DNA of 64,000 nucleotides from Epiperipatus broadwayi (lineage: Eukaryota; Animalia; Onychophora). The translations under genes were made by a program, and so were the position numbers. This document shows, in pieces, positions 14,101-27,233 of this stretch; the stretch's first letter is position 1; each line of letters starts with the position of its first letter. Location of the stretch: NCBI GenBank assembly GCA_028023455.1, contig JAQFVV010000003.1, forward strand, positions 30,132,001-30,196,000, read 5' to 3'. The notes below the pieces were generated by a model, which made no database searches, was not told the DNA's origin, and was given only the letters and a program-made list of their open reading frames with translations.

Positions 14101-17100
14101 TTAGACATATAGAATGATGAAGTGGACAGACTTTTCTTATGGGATAGCTAGATTGTTTAACTATTAATGAATTTTATTTATTGTTTTGTAAATGCAGACA
14201 GTTATTTATCGATGTAAGATGTAGAAAAATCTTGAGAAATAATGTTGAGATAGTGGCTTGGAAGTACTTAGTGAACAGGAAACCAAGATGATGTATTTTT
14301 AAAAAATAGGATGTTATAAGGAATGGAAATAATATTTCGTCTTTATGTGGTTATCAGCATAGTTAACATAACCCTATGACTGATACATATTTTATTTGGA
14401 CAGTGTTTATATTACTTTAAATATTTGATGTTCTAATAAAGCTGAAGAAATAGCTTTAACATCATCCCTGTACTAGAGGATATTAGGCAGATAAATGTCC
14501 TACCTCTTCGCACTGTACCATGATTTTGAGATATGTTAAGAATAATACTCTAGCTTTCTTCCTTAATCCTATGCATCTGTTTTCGCTATCTTTATTTCAT
14601 ATAACTGCATCGTTTAGTAAGATATTTTAAAAGAAATGATAAATAATTTAGAACTTATGTTATGCTATCGTTTTTTGGATTAGTTTATTTGCTTATAAGG
14701 AGCAGAATGTTATAACTTAAAATTGAAGATCCAAAGTATCCTAGGGAAAGAAAAGAATCATAAAATATATTTTGAATTTTATTTCGGAAATGAAATATAA
14801 AATTGTTAAAATAGGGTATCTAAACAAAGATTTTTTTTTTTAAAGTGATAATAATTTTAAATGCTTTTCTTTTTTTTTTTTAAGAAAAAAATAAGTATTG
14901 CATATTTTAAAATACAATAGTACAAAGTAAATTATGTAAATAATATGCGTAGTATATTTTTTGTTTATTGATTAACAGAAATATATTAATGATTACACTT
15001 ATATCATACTGAAGTAAGGCTTAAAGAAGAATATATTATTAGTAAACATTGTGTGATAAATACTAAAATCTAGTACTTAATTTTGGATAATATTTTGTGT
15101 AACATCTTTGACTTTGCAAGATGAAATTTTTTTTGAATATTTTGAGAAATCCATACTCATTATAAAATTTTGTTTTCTATAGAATGTTTTTCTAACTATG
15201 AATTTTTTTTAAAAAAAAAGATAGATTAATAATATTAAGGATAAAATGCTGTTGCTAATAAAGTAGATAAATATACTTGTAATAAGTTAACCATGATGAG
15301 AAACCAAATAATAACATTTTTTTTAATTTTGTCATAAATCTAAATAAAGACATTATTGAAATATAAATTATTATTTTTTTTATAACTCATAAATCAAACT
15401 GTAAAGTAAAAAAAAAGGTTAAGGATATCCACTGTAAATAATGTAAATAAATTGTTTAGTTATTTATTGTTAGTAATAAACTTTGTTAAATTTTGTTATT
15501 TAAAAAATTTTGTGTCAGAGTTATTTATTTCTCCACATCGCTGCATGAAAACACGATATATGCATAATAACTGAAACAAATATATAATTTTGCACAAAAG
15601 ATAAATAAAGAATTATTTTAAGAATTTTAAATATTTTATTGGTATTCATTATAATTAAATAATCATAATCTTACATTATTTATTGATCATAAGTCAGTTA
15701 TCACAATATTATATTAAATTATATGCTATCAGTTGCCACACATATTTTGTTTGTCAGATTATTAAAATGCTACCACGTATTTATTATATCATTACATGAA
15801 GAATATTATTATTGTTATTTATTATTATTAGTTTAAGTGTAGTAGATTATGACATAAAATCCCTTCTCATATTTTACTACCATAATTTTATTAACTTAGA
15901 ATAAACTTTATGAACCTGAGATTATTTTATCGAGCTAGATTATTATTAAATAGAAGATTAAGATTTAATTATTAGTTTAATCTTAGTGAGTAGAAGTTAT
16001 TAAAGTCGTAAGAATACTATGAGTTTGTTATTTGAAATAGTAATAAGGGGGGATAGTGTTCTTATGCCATTGAGGTAGTATCCTGTAGGATATTGGCTCA
16101 ATGTAATCTATCTTGTCAACTGTATTTTCACTTCAAGTCTCATGAAAATATTAAATATTTATTTAATTTATTTTTATAAACTGAACCTTATTCGTATTGT
16201 AAATTTGAGCTAGTGAAACATTTTAATTTAATGCTGAATATTTTATTTATTAATTATTAACTGAGATAGAACCAGTTTTATTTTATAGTAATACTATCTG
16301 GAAGTGAAGATGCATAATTACAGGGTTAGAATATGAAGAATTAACTTATTTAAGAGTTCTTCTAATAGTAAAGTTACGAGGCATGTAATTGTGAATTGTA
16401 AAATATTTAATTAGTATATATTTGTTAAAGTGCTTCTGTATTCCTTTGCACTTGGTAAATCTGTTTGGCAGGAAAACCATTGTTTGTGTTAAGAATTTTT
16501 TAGTTTTTTTTTTTTTTTACAGTTTTGACTAGACTTGCTCAATTTTGAATTTGGAGTAATTAACTTATTTTAAGGCTTAATTTAGTTCCAGTCTTTCCAT
16601 AATATTTTTTCAGAGATTTCTTTTAAATTTTAAGTGGTATTTCGGATGTTATGTAAAGATTATTATTATATATGTTTGTTTCTTTATTTTGATAAATATT
16701 TTGGTTTTAAGAGGGTCTTTGTGTATATGTTCAGTTAAAAATTTTTTTTAAAAATTATATTTAGTTATTTTGAAATTGGTGTCATGGTTTTAGTTTTTTC
16801 TATGGGAAAGGATTTCTATATAATATTTAATATATATTATAGTCAAAATTTTAAAAAGGGGGTGAGAGAGAAAAAATTTGTATATTGTGTGGATGTGAGT
16901 TTATTGAGTGAATGTGTTTATCGTTTAATTTTATTATTTTATAATTTAATTGTAATTTTATTATATTATGATTCTGTGGATTTAGTTTTTTGTAATTTTT
17001 CTTTGTGCGATGTTATTAAGATTAAAGCATTATCTAGATTAAGTTATAGGATAGAATCTATAAGATGGCAAATTTATTTTCTTAAAAAATATAGGAAATT

Positions 17101-18386
17101 TAATGTTTTTTTTCTAGGAGTTGCATACTTAACCTTAGGTAGAATAAAAAATTAACAAAGAATAATAATTTAGTTTTGAATTTACAAAGATTTATTTTAA
17201 ATAGATTTTTGAAAGAAGATTTTATTATGCTTTATAGATTTATTTCTGAACATAAAAAGACTAGGACTAATTTAGATAAGAGACAAGATTTTAATTGTTC
17301 AATTTTGAAATTTTTTTTGAGGCAATTTAGAATAAATAGATAACATTTTATTGTAAGAAATATGAACAAAAATTTAAATAATTTTTTGCAAAAATTAATA
17401 AAGTTAATTTTAATAATAATGTAGTTATTAAAAATGATAATTCTACTAATAATGTCGTAAATCTTGCTGATATTAAGTTCAATGTGAGAGAATGTGAAAT
17501 TCTTAGTAAAGGTTCCAAATTTGTCCCTAATAAAAACATTATTCTTGATGTAATTTCCTTTATTGAATTTAAATGTTGAAAAAAAAAAAAAAAAAATTCA
17601 ATTGGATTTAAATAATAGTTTAAAAAGTATAGAAAAATACATATTTTTGCTTATTGAGGTTAGATATCTTAAGATTAGATTAATCGCTAATGATGAAATC
17701 ATTTCTTGTGAAGACAAAGCTAGCTTGAAATGTTTTTAGAGAAAAAGTTGTTAAATAATTAAATAATGGTAAATATATGCTTTTAGGAAAAGATCCTGGT
17801 AGTGTGATAAAAAGAAAATTAATAGGTATTTTGAAAAAAATGCAAAATTTAATTTTTTTTAATAGAATTGAATATTTTAAATATTATCCTAATGATTTCA
17901 TATCAGCTAAAATGTTTATAAATATTAAAACTCATAAATAATGTTTCTCTTTAGATTTATTTTTGATTTTACTGGTAGTGTAGTTAAAGGGATTTTTAGG
18001 TTCCTGAATAATTTTTTGAAGCAATTTATCAATTTTGGAAATTACATTGTTTCATTTTTTAAAGCTCCTTGATAAGATTAATAATTTTAAAATGAAAAAT
18101 AATTGGGTGTATGGTAGTTTAGATATTGAAAATATGTATCAATCTGTTAATAGACTAAGCAGTTTTGAGATTATCTTTTTTTATTGACTATTAATGGATT
18201 TTTGTCTAAAAATAAAATTAAAGTTAGTAAAAATTTGCTCTTATTATTGAAGCATTTTCTATATTTTACTTATAATGGTAAGTTTAAGGATGGATACTAT
18301 TTCTTCTTTAATTTTTTCAGTTTATGTTAATCATTTAAAAAAAAAAAAAACTATGATTGTGTATATTTAAAATTATTAGATATGTT

Positions 18387-21300
18387 CTGTGGTGAGCTAG
18401 AAAATTTTTATCAATGGGTACGCTCATTTAAAAAAAAAAAAACATAACAAAAGAAGGTATTGTATTTTAAAAAACATCACTACACTATGTACTTCTACTT
18501 AAATGTTATAATGCTGCACATTTATTATAATGAAAACAAAAAAATTTAATAATGAAAAATATACTTTTAGCAATGATATATAAAATATTTTTGCACAAAA
18601 TAGAAACATGAAAATATAAATAATATATATAAATATTTAATATACTATATAATAAAACAAAATTGATATTATTTTCTTCAATTATTTTTTTATTTTGTTT
18701 TTTAGGTGCACATTTCAAAGCTGAGTGATAAATTTTTTAGAAGGTTTTACAATGAAATTGCATTAAATTGATTTAAACACTTCCCTTTAATGAAATTGTC
18801 ATTAGATGTGAATTATGTTTCACTGTCAGACTTGCCTGTTTTATAGTGACAATATTGTTCATTGCACTAAATGTCCATTCATCTTTACAAATGTTTCCAT
18901 AATAGCCCAACTTTTTAAATTGTAGTAGAAAATTCAGCATATAAATTTCCTTCTTCCATTACACCTCTAAAATCACTTATATTAATTTCATATTTTAAAA
19001 TAAAACTGATATTTATTTTTTCCTCCCCTTCTAATCATAGAGAAGTAACTATTTCCATATCTCACATATATTAAAAATACTTTTCACTTCTTCATCTGCT
19101 AATGTTAAATCATTTTCATTTTTTATATAAAAATTATTTTGCAGCTATAATCTGCCCATTGATGACTGAGCAATACAATCTAAAAGTTCTCATGGTAATT
19201 TCTTAAATTTCATATTGCTTGCAAGCACTCAATTTTATTTTCATACAAACCTTTTGAAATTTTCACAGTGGTATCAGCATTTATTGTTCTGATAATTAAA
19301 GATTTGGTTTTTACAATACTTATATTTCTACTTTGTAGAGCTTTGGAAAGGTATGAGAATTCTTGAAGAAAATCAACCATTAATGCTAAATCCTTTAAAA
19401 ATTCTAAATTTAATAGACAATTTAATAAATCTGAATATTTACTGTTGGATGCAAAATGTCTGCATAATGCTGGATAATTTCTCCACATTGCAAGAGCTGT
19501 TCTTAAACTGCACGCTGCCTATTGAGATCCTAACATGTGACCAATTTTTAAAATTTCTATGTTTAACTAAAATGCAGTTATATTTAACTCTTGTTGATAA
19601 TTTGGAGATTGAAAATAAAATAAATATAATTAATCTATGAATATTTCAATGTGATTTATTTCTTTAATTTCCATTATTGCATCATTTAGTGCTAACTATA
19701 CATGATGTTCTAAGCAATGCCAAATCACAATATCTAGAAATTTTCTAAGTTTAATTGCAACACCTGATTTATTTGCCAGCATTACACTAGCGCCATCAGA
19801 ACAAAATGCAATAAGATAATCTTTCAAATAATTATCTGAAAATCCATATATACATAAAGTAGTTATTAATGCATTATATATATATATTCAGTGATAGTAC
19901 TTTTTAACTCTACAAGATTTACAAAAATCAAACATAGCTTGGTAAATTCAATTTTTAAATAAATTACCAAAACATTTTGTTTAAGACAGAGTTGTAAATT
20001 GATTCATCCAAATTTTGTATTATTTTCTATCATTTTAGAGAATATTTCTAATTTTTTTTTTTTTTTTGGAAATATGTCCCATTATTGTTACTGCTGTAAA
20101 TCTTAAATGTAATGATATTCCTAAATAAAGACCATTTTTAATTTGCAATTTTATTAAATCAGGCAAATTAGATATTGGACAATTATTTTTTGCCAAATTA
20201 TAAATAGAGTAAAAAAAAAAATTGATGTGTAAAACATCTTTTTCATTTAATTTATCAACAATTTTTGGCAATATTGATTTGTTACATTCATTATCAAGTT
20301 TTATGATTTTATTATGCGAAATTGATTCATTATTTTGTATTTTTCGATGCTCCATTTGGTTCAATTTTTGTTTCCAACCATTCTTTTGATAAATGGCAAT
20401 GTTTGTCATTTTCAACTCCCAAATTTTTATATTTCAAACAGGTAGAACATCCTAATTTACTATTTTTAATTTCTAGTCAAGAGTAGTGAGTTTTAAAATA
20501 CTTTGCTTGTTTGCTGTTCCAGCAATTAGGCAACATAATTTCTTCTTCATTTTCATCTTGTGATTTTTGTTGTATCAGTATCATCGGATTGTAATAATTC
20601 TGATACATCATCGGTACTTTGACTGATATCTTTTTCCACGTAAGTATTTGTATGAGAATCAATTGTTTTTTTTTTTTTTTATTTTTTCTAAAAAATAATA
20701 ACTTTGATTATCTTTTCATGTCTTTAAAAATAATTAATAATATATATTTTGAAAATTAAGTAATAAAAATAAATTATTGAAAATTAACATACTGTAATTA
20801 AATTTATTCTTACACAAGATGTTATTTAAATGTTAAATAAATTTTTATACATCACCTAAAGTTTTTTATAAAAACCATTCGAAAACAAATATAAGAGATG
20901 TTTCTAAAAATTATCTCACGTTACAGAAAATGCAATTTTAAAATATTTCAAAACAGAATAATGTAACCTTAGTAATAATGACAAATTAATACAGTCTGTA
21001 TTAACTTTATTTCCTTTTATGTTCATTAAAAGCAATAATATTTAATGGGGTAATTAGATTTGTATTATGTACATCTTTTTATTCTTAGTTTTTCTTATAT
21101 TTTTTAAGCTGTAAATTTTGTTTAACCACAATTTTTATAGCTAATGTTATTTTACAACTTGATGTTTTAATTTATTTAACATATAAATAGAAGTATATGA
21201 TACTATTACAACTTGATGGATAAAATCTCACTACACTAGTAATTTTACAACATGCATTTTCTTAACAGTGTATTCAACTAACAAACTCACATACTGTTAC

Positions 21301-21646
21301 CTAAATTGATACCTAAACAGCTAAATTGATACCTAAATACTGTTACCTAAATCGATAAAACTTTTGTAAATCTGTATTATACTGATGATTTAAGTTCTGA
21401 AATATGTTTTTTATATTAATAGATACATGCAATCACTTTAAAAACATAGAACAATTATTAAAAGTCAACTATAATTTAAGCTTATTTTTATAAATAAGTA
21501 TAAATAATATCATTGCATATTATTTGTCATATTCTGTGATTCTTTACTTATATTTTTATAAAAATATAAATTTTTATAAATGCATAATCAAATTTTTCGC
21601 TATGGGCTTGTGCAAACCCAGCAAGCCCGCTGCTAACTCATCACTG
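18387..21646 (-). mobile_element. hAT transposon, KIAA1586/ZNF862-like transposase, degenerate
   Basis: TIRs CTGTGGTGAGCTAG / CTAACTCATCACTG (11/14). Perfect 8-bp TSD GATATGTT (18379-18386, 21647-21654). Minus-strand motifs YNLAKNNCPISNLPDLIKLQIKNG, SDGASVMLANKSGV, WHCLEH, ALCRHF. Confidence 0.88.
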
Positions 21647-22029
21647 GATATGTTGATGATTGTTGGTTTATAGTTAAAAATGACAAATTAGAAGAATTGT
21701 TAAGTAAATTTAAGAGTTTTGATCCTTCTATAAAATATATTTTAGAAAGAAAGGCATCAATTTTGTTAAATTAAAATTTTTAGATTTCTTAGTGATAAGA
21801 AATTTAAAGATAATTGTTTGGTATGTAGCCATTATGTTTAAAGAATTTAAATTCCACAATTGAGTTTGATAGCTAATAATCTGTCTTCCATAAAATAGCT
21901 GCTTTAAGAAATTACTGTTACAGAAATCAGAGATTAAATAGTTTTAATAAATTTACTTTGTTTCACAAAAGTCAGTTTAATAAAGATTATTTGAGTATTG
22001 GTTGTGTGTCAATCAGAAAGTGCATTACT

Positions 22030-23640
22030 GGTGAAATGTTTTGCACCCTAGATGAAGGCAACAAAAGCATGGGAGAGAGTTCATATTGATCATGCAGGAC
22101 CAGTGAATGGAAAAATGCTGCTGATAATTACAGATGCATGCTCAAGATGGACAAAATGCCATATTGTGAAAGATACTAGTGCTCTAGAAACAATTACGTA
22201 TTTAAAAGACGGTATGCTCAATTTATAGTTTTCCAGAAGTGGTTCTATCAGATAACAGAGAAACACCATATCATCCTCAGTCAAATGCGGTACAGTAAGT
22301 AAAGAGAAGTTTAAAAAAAAATAGCAACATAGAAATGAAAAACGCTTTATAAACATTTATGCCATACCAACATTCAATGCCATCTACAACGATAGGAAAA
22401 TCTCTGACAGAATTAATGTGTGGACGAAATTGGCAGTTTTGCATTCTAATAAAAAGATTTGTGTTCCAAATGTGAAGCCAAGTAAAATGCTTAGAGTTGG
22501 TGAACCTGCATGGATGAAAGATGTTATGCAGAAAAAATGGATCAAAGGAATAATAGACAAAATATTGTCAAATCAAATATATGAGGTTAGTAGAATACCA
22601 CATAAACTATATAAAGACAAGACAGCCAGAGGAAGTGAAGCTGGAAATATGGCAAGATGCAAATATGCAGGTGGCAGAGAATGGTGAAAGAAGCAACATG
22701 GGAAGGAAGACAAAAGAAAACCAGTTAACAGAAAAAACAGTGATGAAATTGCAGAAAAATTCAAGTGGAATCGGAACTAAATAAATTGCCCAGACCTGTG
22801 TGGATCAAAAGAAAACCAAAAAAATGAAAGGATTATGTAAAATAAACAATTCTGGAGTTAGGAGAGGAATTGTAGTATTTTAGCTTCAAGAAATATTTTA
22901 GTATAAAAAAGATCGATAAGAATAATCCAGAAGTTAAAGTTAAATTTAAATGTACTAATTAATGACAATGGAAACTGTTTTAGGAATGAGTTATAGATAT
23001 GAGAAAATGAGTAATTATGTAATTAAAAGATTTCTACAGACTGAATGAAAAGAATGAAAAATCTTACGAAAATAGTAGATCCAGAAAGTGAAATTAAGTA
23101 AATGTTTTCGCAAAAGAATTTCATGTAATGGAAAATTGCTGATAAGAGTACAATTAAATTGAAGGCTATAACAATTCGGAATTGTAGAGTTAAGTGCTCT
23201 TTTTCTCTTTTGTGTTGGTGAAGTGTTTTTTTTTTGTGCGCGAGTATCATTGGTAACCAGTCAATGTCTGTGAGGAAATAAACCCACATGTTTTGGAATC
23301 TGAAGGTATAAAAATCCAATTAGTATTTAAAGCAGATCATCCTGATCTTATTTTGTTTTTTGTAAGCCTAAAGGGCTCTTAGGTTTGAACTTGTACTTAT
23401 TTAGCATAGTTGTGGAAAGAGTCAATTCACTAAATAATACAGTAATTGTTGGACTATATTCAAAGAGGGTTTAAGGACTTCAAGAACTCAGTGATCATTT
23501 ATTTGTCTGTATATATTTAAGCTTGTCTATATATTCTAGTTTTGTGTTGTATAACTTGTAATAAATCTTTAGCATTAAATTTATTTATTTATTAATTAAT
23601 TGCGGTTTACCCTTCGAGAGTCATGGGCAAATACACAACA
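22030..23640 (+). mobile_element. 5'-deleted Ty3/Gypsy remnant: integrase fragment, PPT and 3' LTR
   Basis: WERVHIDHAGPVNGKMLLIITDACSRW at 22070. Purine-rich tract GGAGTTAGGAGAGGAA (22854-22869) precedes an LTR TGTAGT (22871)...ACAACA (23640). Confidence 0.8.
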
Positions 23641-26600
23641 GCAAGTATATTTCTGTTAATGATTGTAAAAATATGAATGTTAAAGAAAAATATGATTTTA
23701 TTTTTTTGTCTTTTAAAATCTCTTCTTACAAAGTTTTAAAAATGAATATTAATTTGTTTGGCAATATAAAAATTGTTTGGAAAAGAAGTATTACTTTGAA
23801 TCATTTACTAATTAATACAAAGGAGATTTCTGATAAGAATGTTATCCTGGAGTAGTGTATATTATTCTTTGATTTTGTAAAAGTTGTACATAGGTCAACT
23901 TAAATGAATGAATAAAAGTTCATAAAAGTAGAATTAAAAATAAATATCTTAATTCTGTTTTATATATCCTCGAAAGAGATACAGGCCAAATTATCATGTT
24001 TGAGGAGGCTAAAACTGTCTTCTGTAAAAGAAATGAAATTAAAAATTAAAGAATTTTTATTGTTAAAAATTTATGATACTAAAGCAATAACTTATTTAAG
24101 AATTCTTTTAATATTAAAGGTGTTCAAGATATAATTGTGAATTGTGAGAAATTTAATTAGTATTTATAGAATTTTTAGTTTTTAAAATTTTGGTCAATCT
24201 TATTTAATTTTCAATTCGGGGTAACTGATTTATAAGTATATATTTATATATAATATAAGAGATAGTCTATTCTGATAAATATGAAAACCTAACTTGGAGT
24301 ATAAGTTAGCTAGGACCATATTTAAATCAGTCATAAAATTTTTAAGTCCTGTTATACATAGCAATCCAAACCGTGGAGACTGATGAAGATCAAAATATAT
24401 TACAATAAGTTATTATTAATCACAGTAAACAATACTTAGAATTGGAGCAAACAAAGAAAAAATTCACTTGGGAAAAATAAAATATATTCAGCTAATAAAT
24501 ATATAGAGGTAGGCAAGAAAAGAATTGATATCAGGTTGTGTGAGGAGGATCTAAAAAAGTACAGAAAGCAAGATCTTCAAAGAATTAGTATAAAGTAATG
24601 ATCCAGTAATAACATATCTATTTGAATATTTAAAAAAAAAAAAGTTGAGGTAATTAAATCAAATAGTTAAAAATTGTAAATAATAATAGCTTATAAGATG
24701 AATAAAAATAATTGAAGAAATGAATAAAAAATAATGGAAAAAGAAAAGGCTAATAATTAACAAATAATGAACAAAATGATTGAATGCAGTAAGGTTATAA
24801 TAATCAGCTGATATAGAAAATAGTGATATGCTAATTGTAAAAATCAAGCACTATTGAACCTCATAGATTAAAAGCTTAATAAAATAAGAATGTAGAAATT
24901 ATAAAGGAAATGAGAGGCATAAAAGAAATATTCTGAGGAAATGTAGAAAATCAGGTGGAAAAAGAATTACAGAAATTTAAACATGATAGTAATACTATAA
25001 AATAATGTAAATTTAATGTGCACATTATGAATGAATCTAAAATGTATGTAAAATTCTATTATACAACTATTGCAAAAATGGTAAATACAGAAATAGTTAA
25101 TGAGGTGAAATTTGATAGTAAAGAACTTAAAATTAATGGAGACACTATAGACAAATACAATCCTATTTAAGAGTAATAAAAAAAATCTAAACTTGATGTG
25201 GACACTACTACTTAATGCAAATTCAATGTTTTTTATGTAGGGCATGCTACAAATAATGTAAAAATTATGAACAAATTCACAAGTGATAGTAACATTACAA
25301 AAAAAATCTAAATCTAATGGGTACAATGTTAAAGAGTAAAAAATTGTTATCAACAAATTTAAAGTATATACCAAAGAGTAAAAAAAATAAAATAATACAA
25401 ACATTAAAGGCAATTGTCAGTTTTATGAAAACTATATACAAATTTAAGTGGAAAAAAATAAATGGCACTTTACATGAAGATATAAGAAAAAAAATCTTCA
25501 AATCTGAAAAAAAAAAGGGTGATTATGTTAATAACCTATTACTCTGTTATACAGAAGAGAAAAAGTTTTGTAGCTTGTTTACAAGTAAGACAAATTTAAA
25601 TTAAAGGAAAGTTATATATTATAATTTTTAAGTTTTGCTCCTAAAATTAAATTATTTGATAATTGACCAATTAAGTATAACCATGGAACTGAGTTTAAGA
25701 TATTCCTTGTTTGTGTAGACTTACCGCCTTCAATTAATTAAAATAAATATTGATATAATAATAAGCTGGTACTCTATGTAAACTCATTTTGAAACCTGAT
25801 GAATAAATAGTTGTTGATGAAGAAGATTTTACAGCATATATAGAGAATAGTATAATAATAAATATCAAATAAAATAAAAGATTTTCCTGTAGGGTAAAGT
25901 AGAAAATGTTTGTTGTATGTGTTCTGGATGACTTTAGTTGCAAATGTGTTGATGAATATAAATGGTAGTTATGATGTTTAGTTTGAAGAATTTAGATCAA
26001 TACAAAAAATACCAATGTGTCTCCTGATTTTATGATGCTTATTTTGAAGATTTCTTATTGTTAGAAATATCAGATATTTAATTCTTAGTCATGGCAAGAT
26101 TTATTGATACATTTCTTTAAAAAATTTACTAGATATTTATTGTCTTTTTAGTGGAAAAATGTATTATTGATTATAATTGATATTTTAGCCAAACTAAAAA
26201 TAAAATTATTATCAAACATAAAATTTAATATGAAATAAAAACACGGATAAAAAAAAAAGTTGAGTTAGCTAGTAATTGCAGAAAAAGAATTATCCTTGTA
26301 TATTAAAAAATTAAACTAAGTCTAAATAATTATAATATGTATATATCTTAATAAAAATATTTTCATAAGCTGGTTTTAAATTCATTTAAATTTAATTTCT
26401 TAATATATTAAATGAAAAAACAAATTACAACATAAAAAAATAATCATGTTTAAAGTTCAAACATTTTATAGTCAAATTTGTAATAAAATTTATAGAATTT
26501 TGTTCTATAATGCTTTATTAAAATAAAAGATAAATTTTAAAATTTTAATTCATTTAATTATTGATTCTTGCATTAAATATAAAAATTATTATATATGTGA

Positions 26601-27159
26601 TTATTTGAAAAATTATATTATTAGAAAAATTGATTTACTGATACCCACATTTGTGTATACATATGCAATTTTAAACTCATTCACGGAATAAAGAAGACCA
26701 AAAACATTTTAAATTTTCAAATTTTTTGAGAGGAATTTTTAATGTTAAATGTTATTAATTAATGTGAAGATTTAACTAAGTTAAAAGATAACAAGTAGTA
26801 ATGTTACACAATTATTATTTATCATCTTTATTTTCAAAATTTTATTGTAGTTAATTTTGAAGATGACATATTCAGTAAAATGAATAAAAAGAATAAGGGA
26901 TGTTTGTATAATTTATAATTTGAGATTATTTATAAATATAAAAACATAGTAGAATGTTAATACATTGTACAGGCTTAAACCTGCATTTATATATGCAATA
27001 TATGCGGGGTTCGAACTGAGACTTTCACACGACCCACCACTCTCAGTGCTATCTTTGCAGTTTTTTTAGTTCAATGTAGATTTAAATATTCATATTTATG
27101 TAATTAGGATCTTATAGTGTAAAAGATTATTGCATCTAACTTCTATATCTGTAACACAG

Positions 27160-27233
27160 AGTTTAAATCAGATGAACCACGAAAATTTTTCTGTGTAGCT
27201 GAGAATTTCCAAGAAAGCTTAGGATTAGTTGAG
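27160..27233 (+). CDS. Candidate internal exon of an unknown gene
   Basis: CTAAC branch-like site, ACACAG| acceptor, stop-free FKSDEPRKFFCVAENFQESLGLVE, donor GAG|GTATCT. The opposite strand is also partly open. Confidence 0.3.

Larger units (their letters stand above)
16343..24240 (+). mobile_element. Degenerate Penelope-like element (RT + GIY-YIG) with direct terminal repeats, split by two insertions
   Basis: NVVNLADIKFNVRECEILSKGSKFVP (~17450), KDP..KTHK (~17790-17940), GSLDIENMY (~18110), YFTYNGKF (~18260), RYV|DDCWF split by a hAT, FLDFLV (~21780), PGVVYII..YIGQ (23846-23898). Similar terminal segments at 16343-16570 and 24088-24240. Confidence 0.8.

Noticed and set aside
21290-21360. 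Short tandem CTAAATTGATACCTAAA repeats
   Set aside because: Ordinary subterminal slippage repeats inside the hAT.
24373-24400. CTGATGA near the Penelope 3' end
   Set aside because: No stem II or GAAA follows.
27000-27060. B-box-like GTTCGAAC region
   Set aside because: Too short, with no cloverleaf, tail or TSD; at most a SINE trace.
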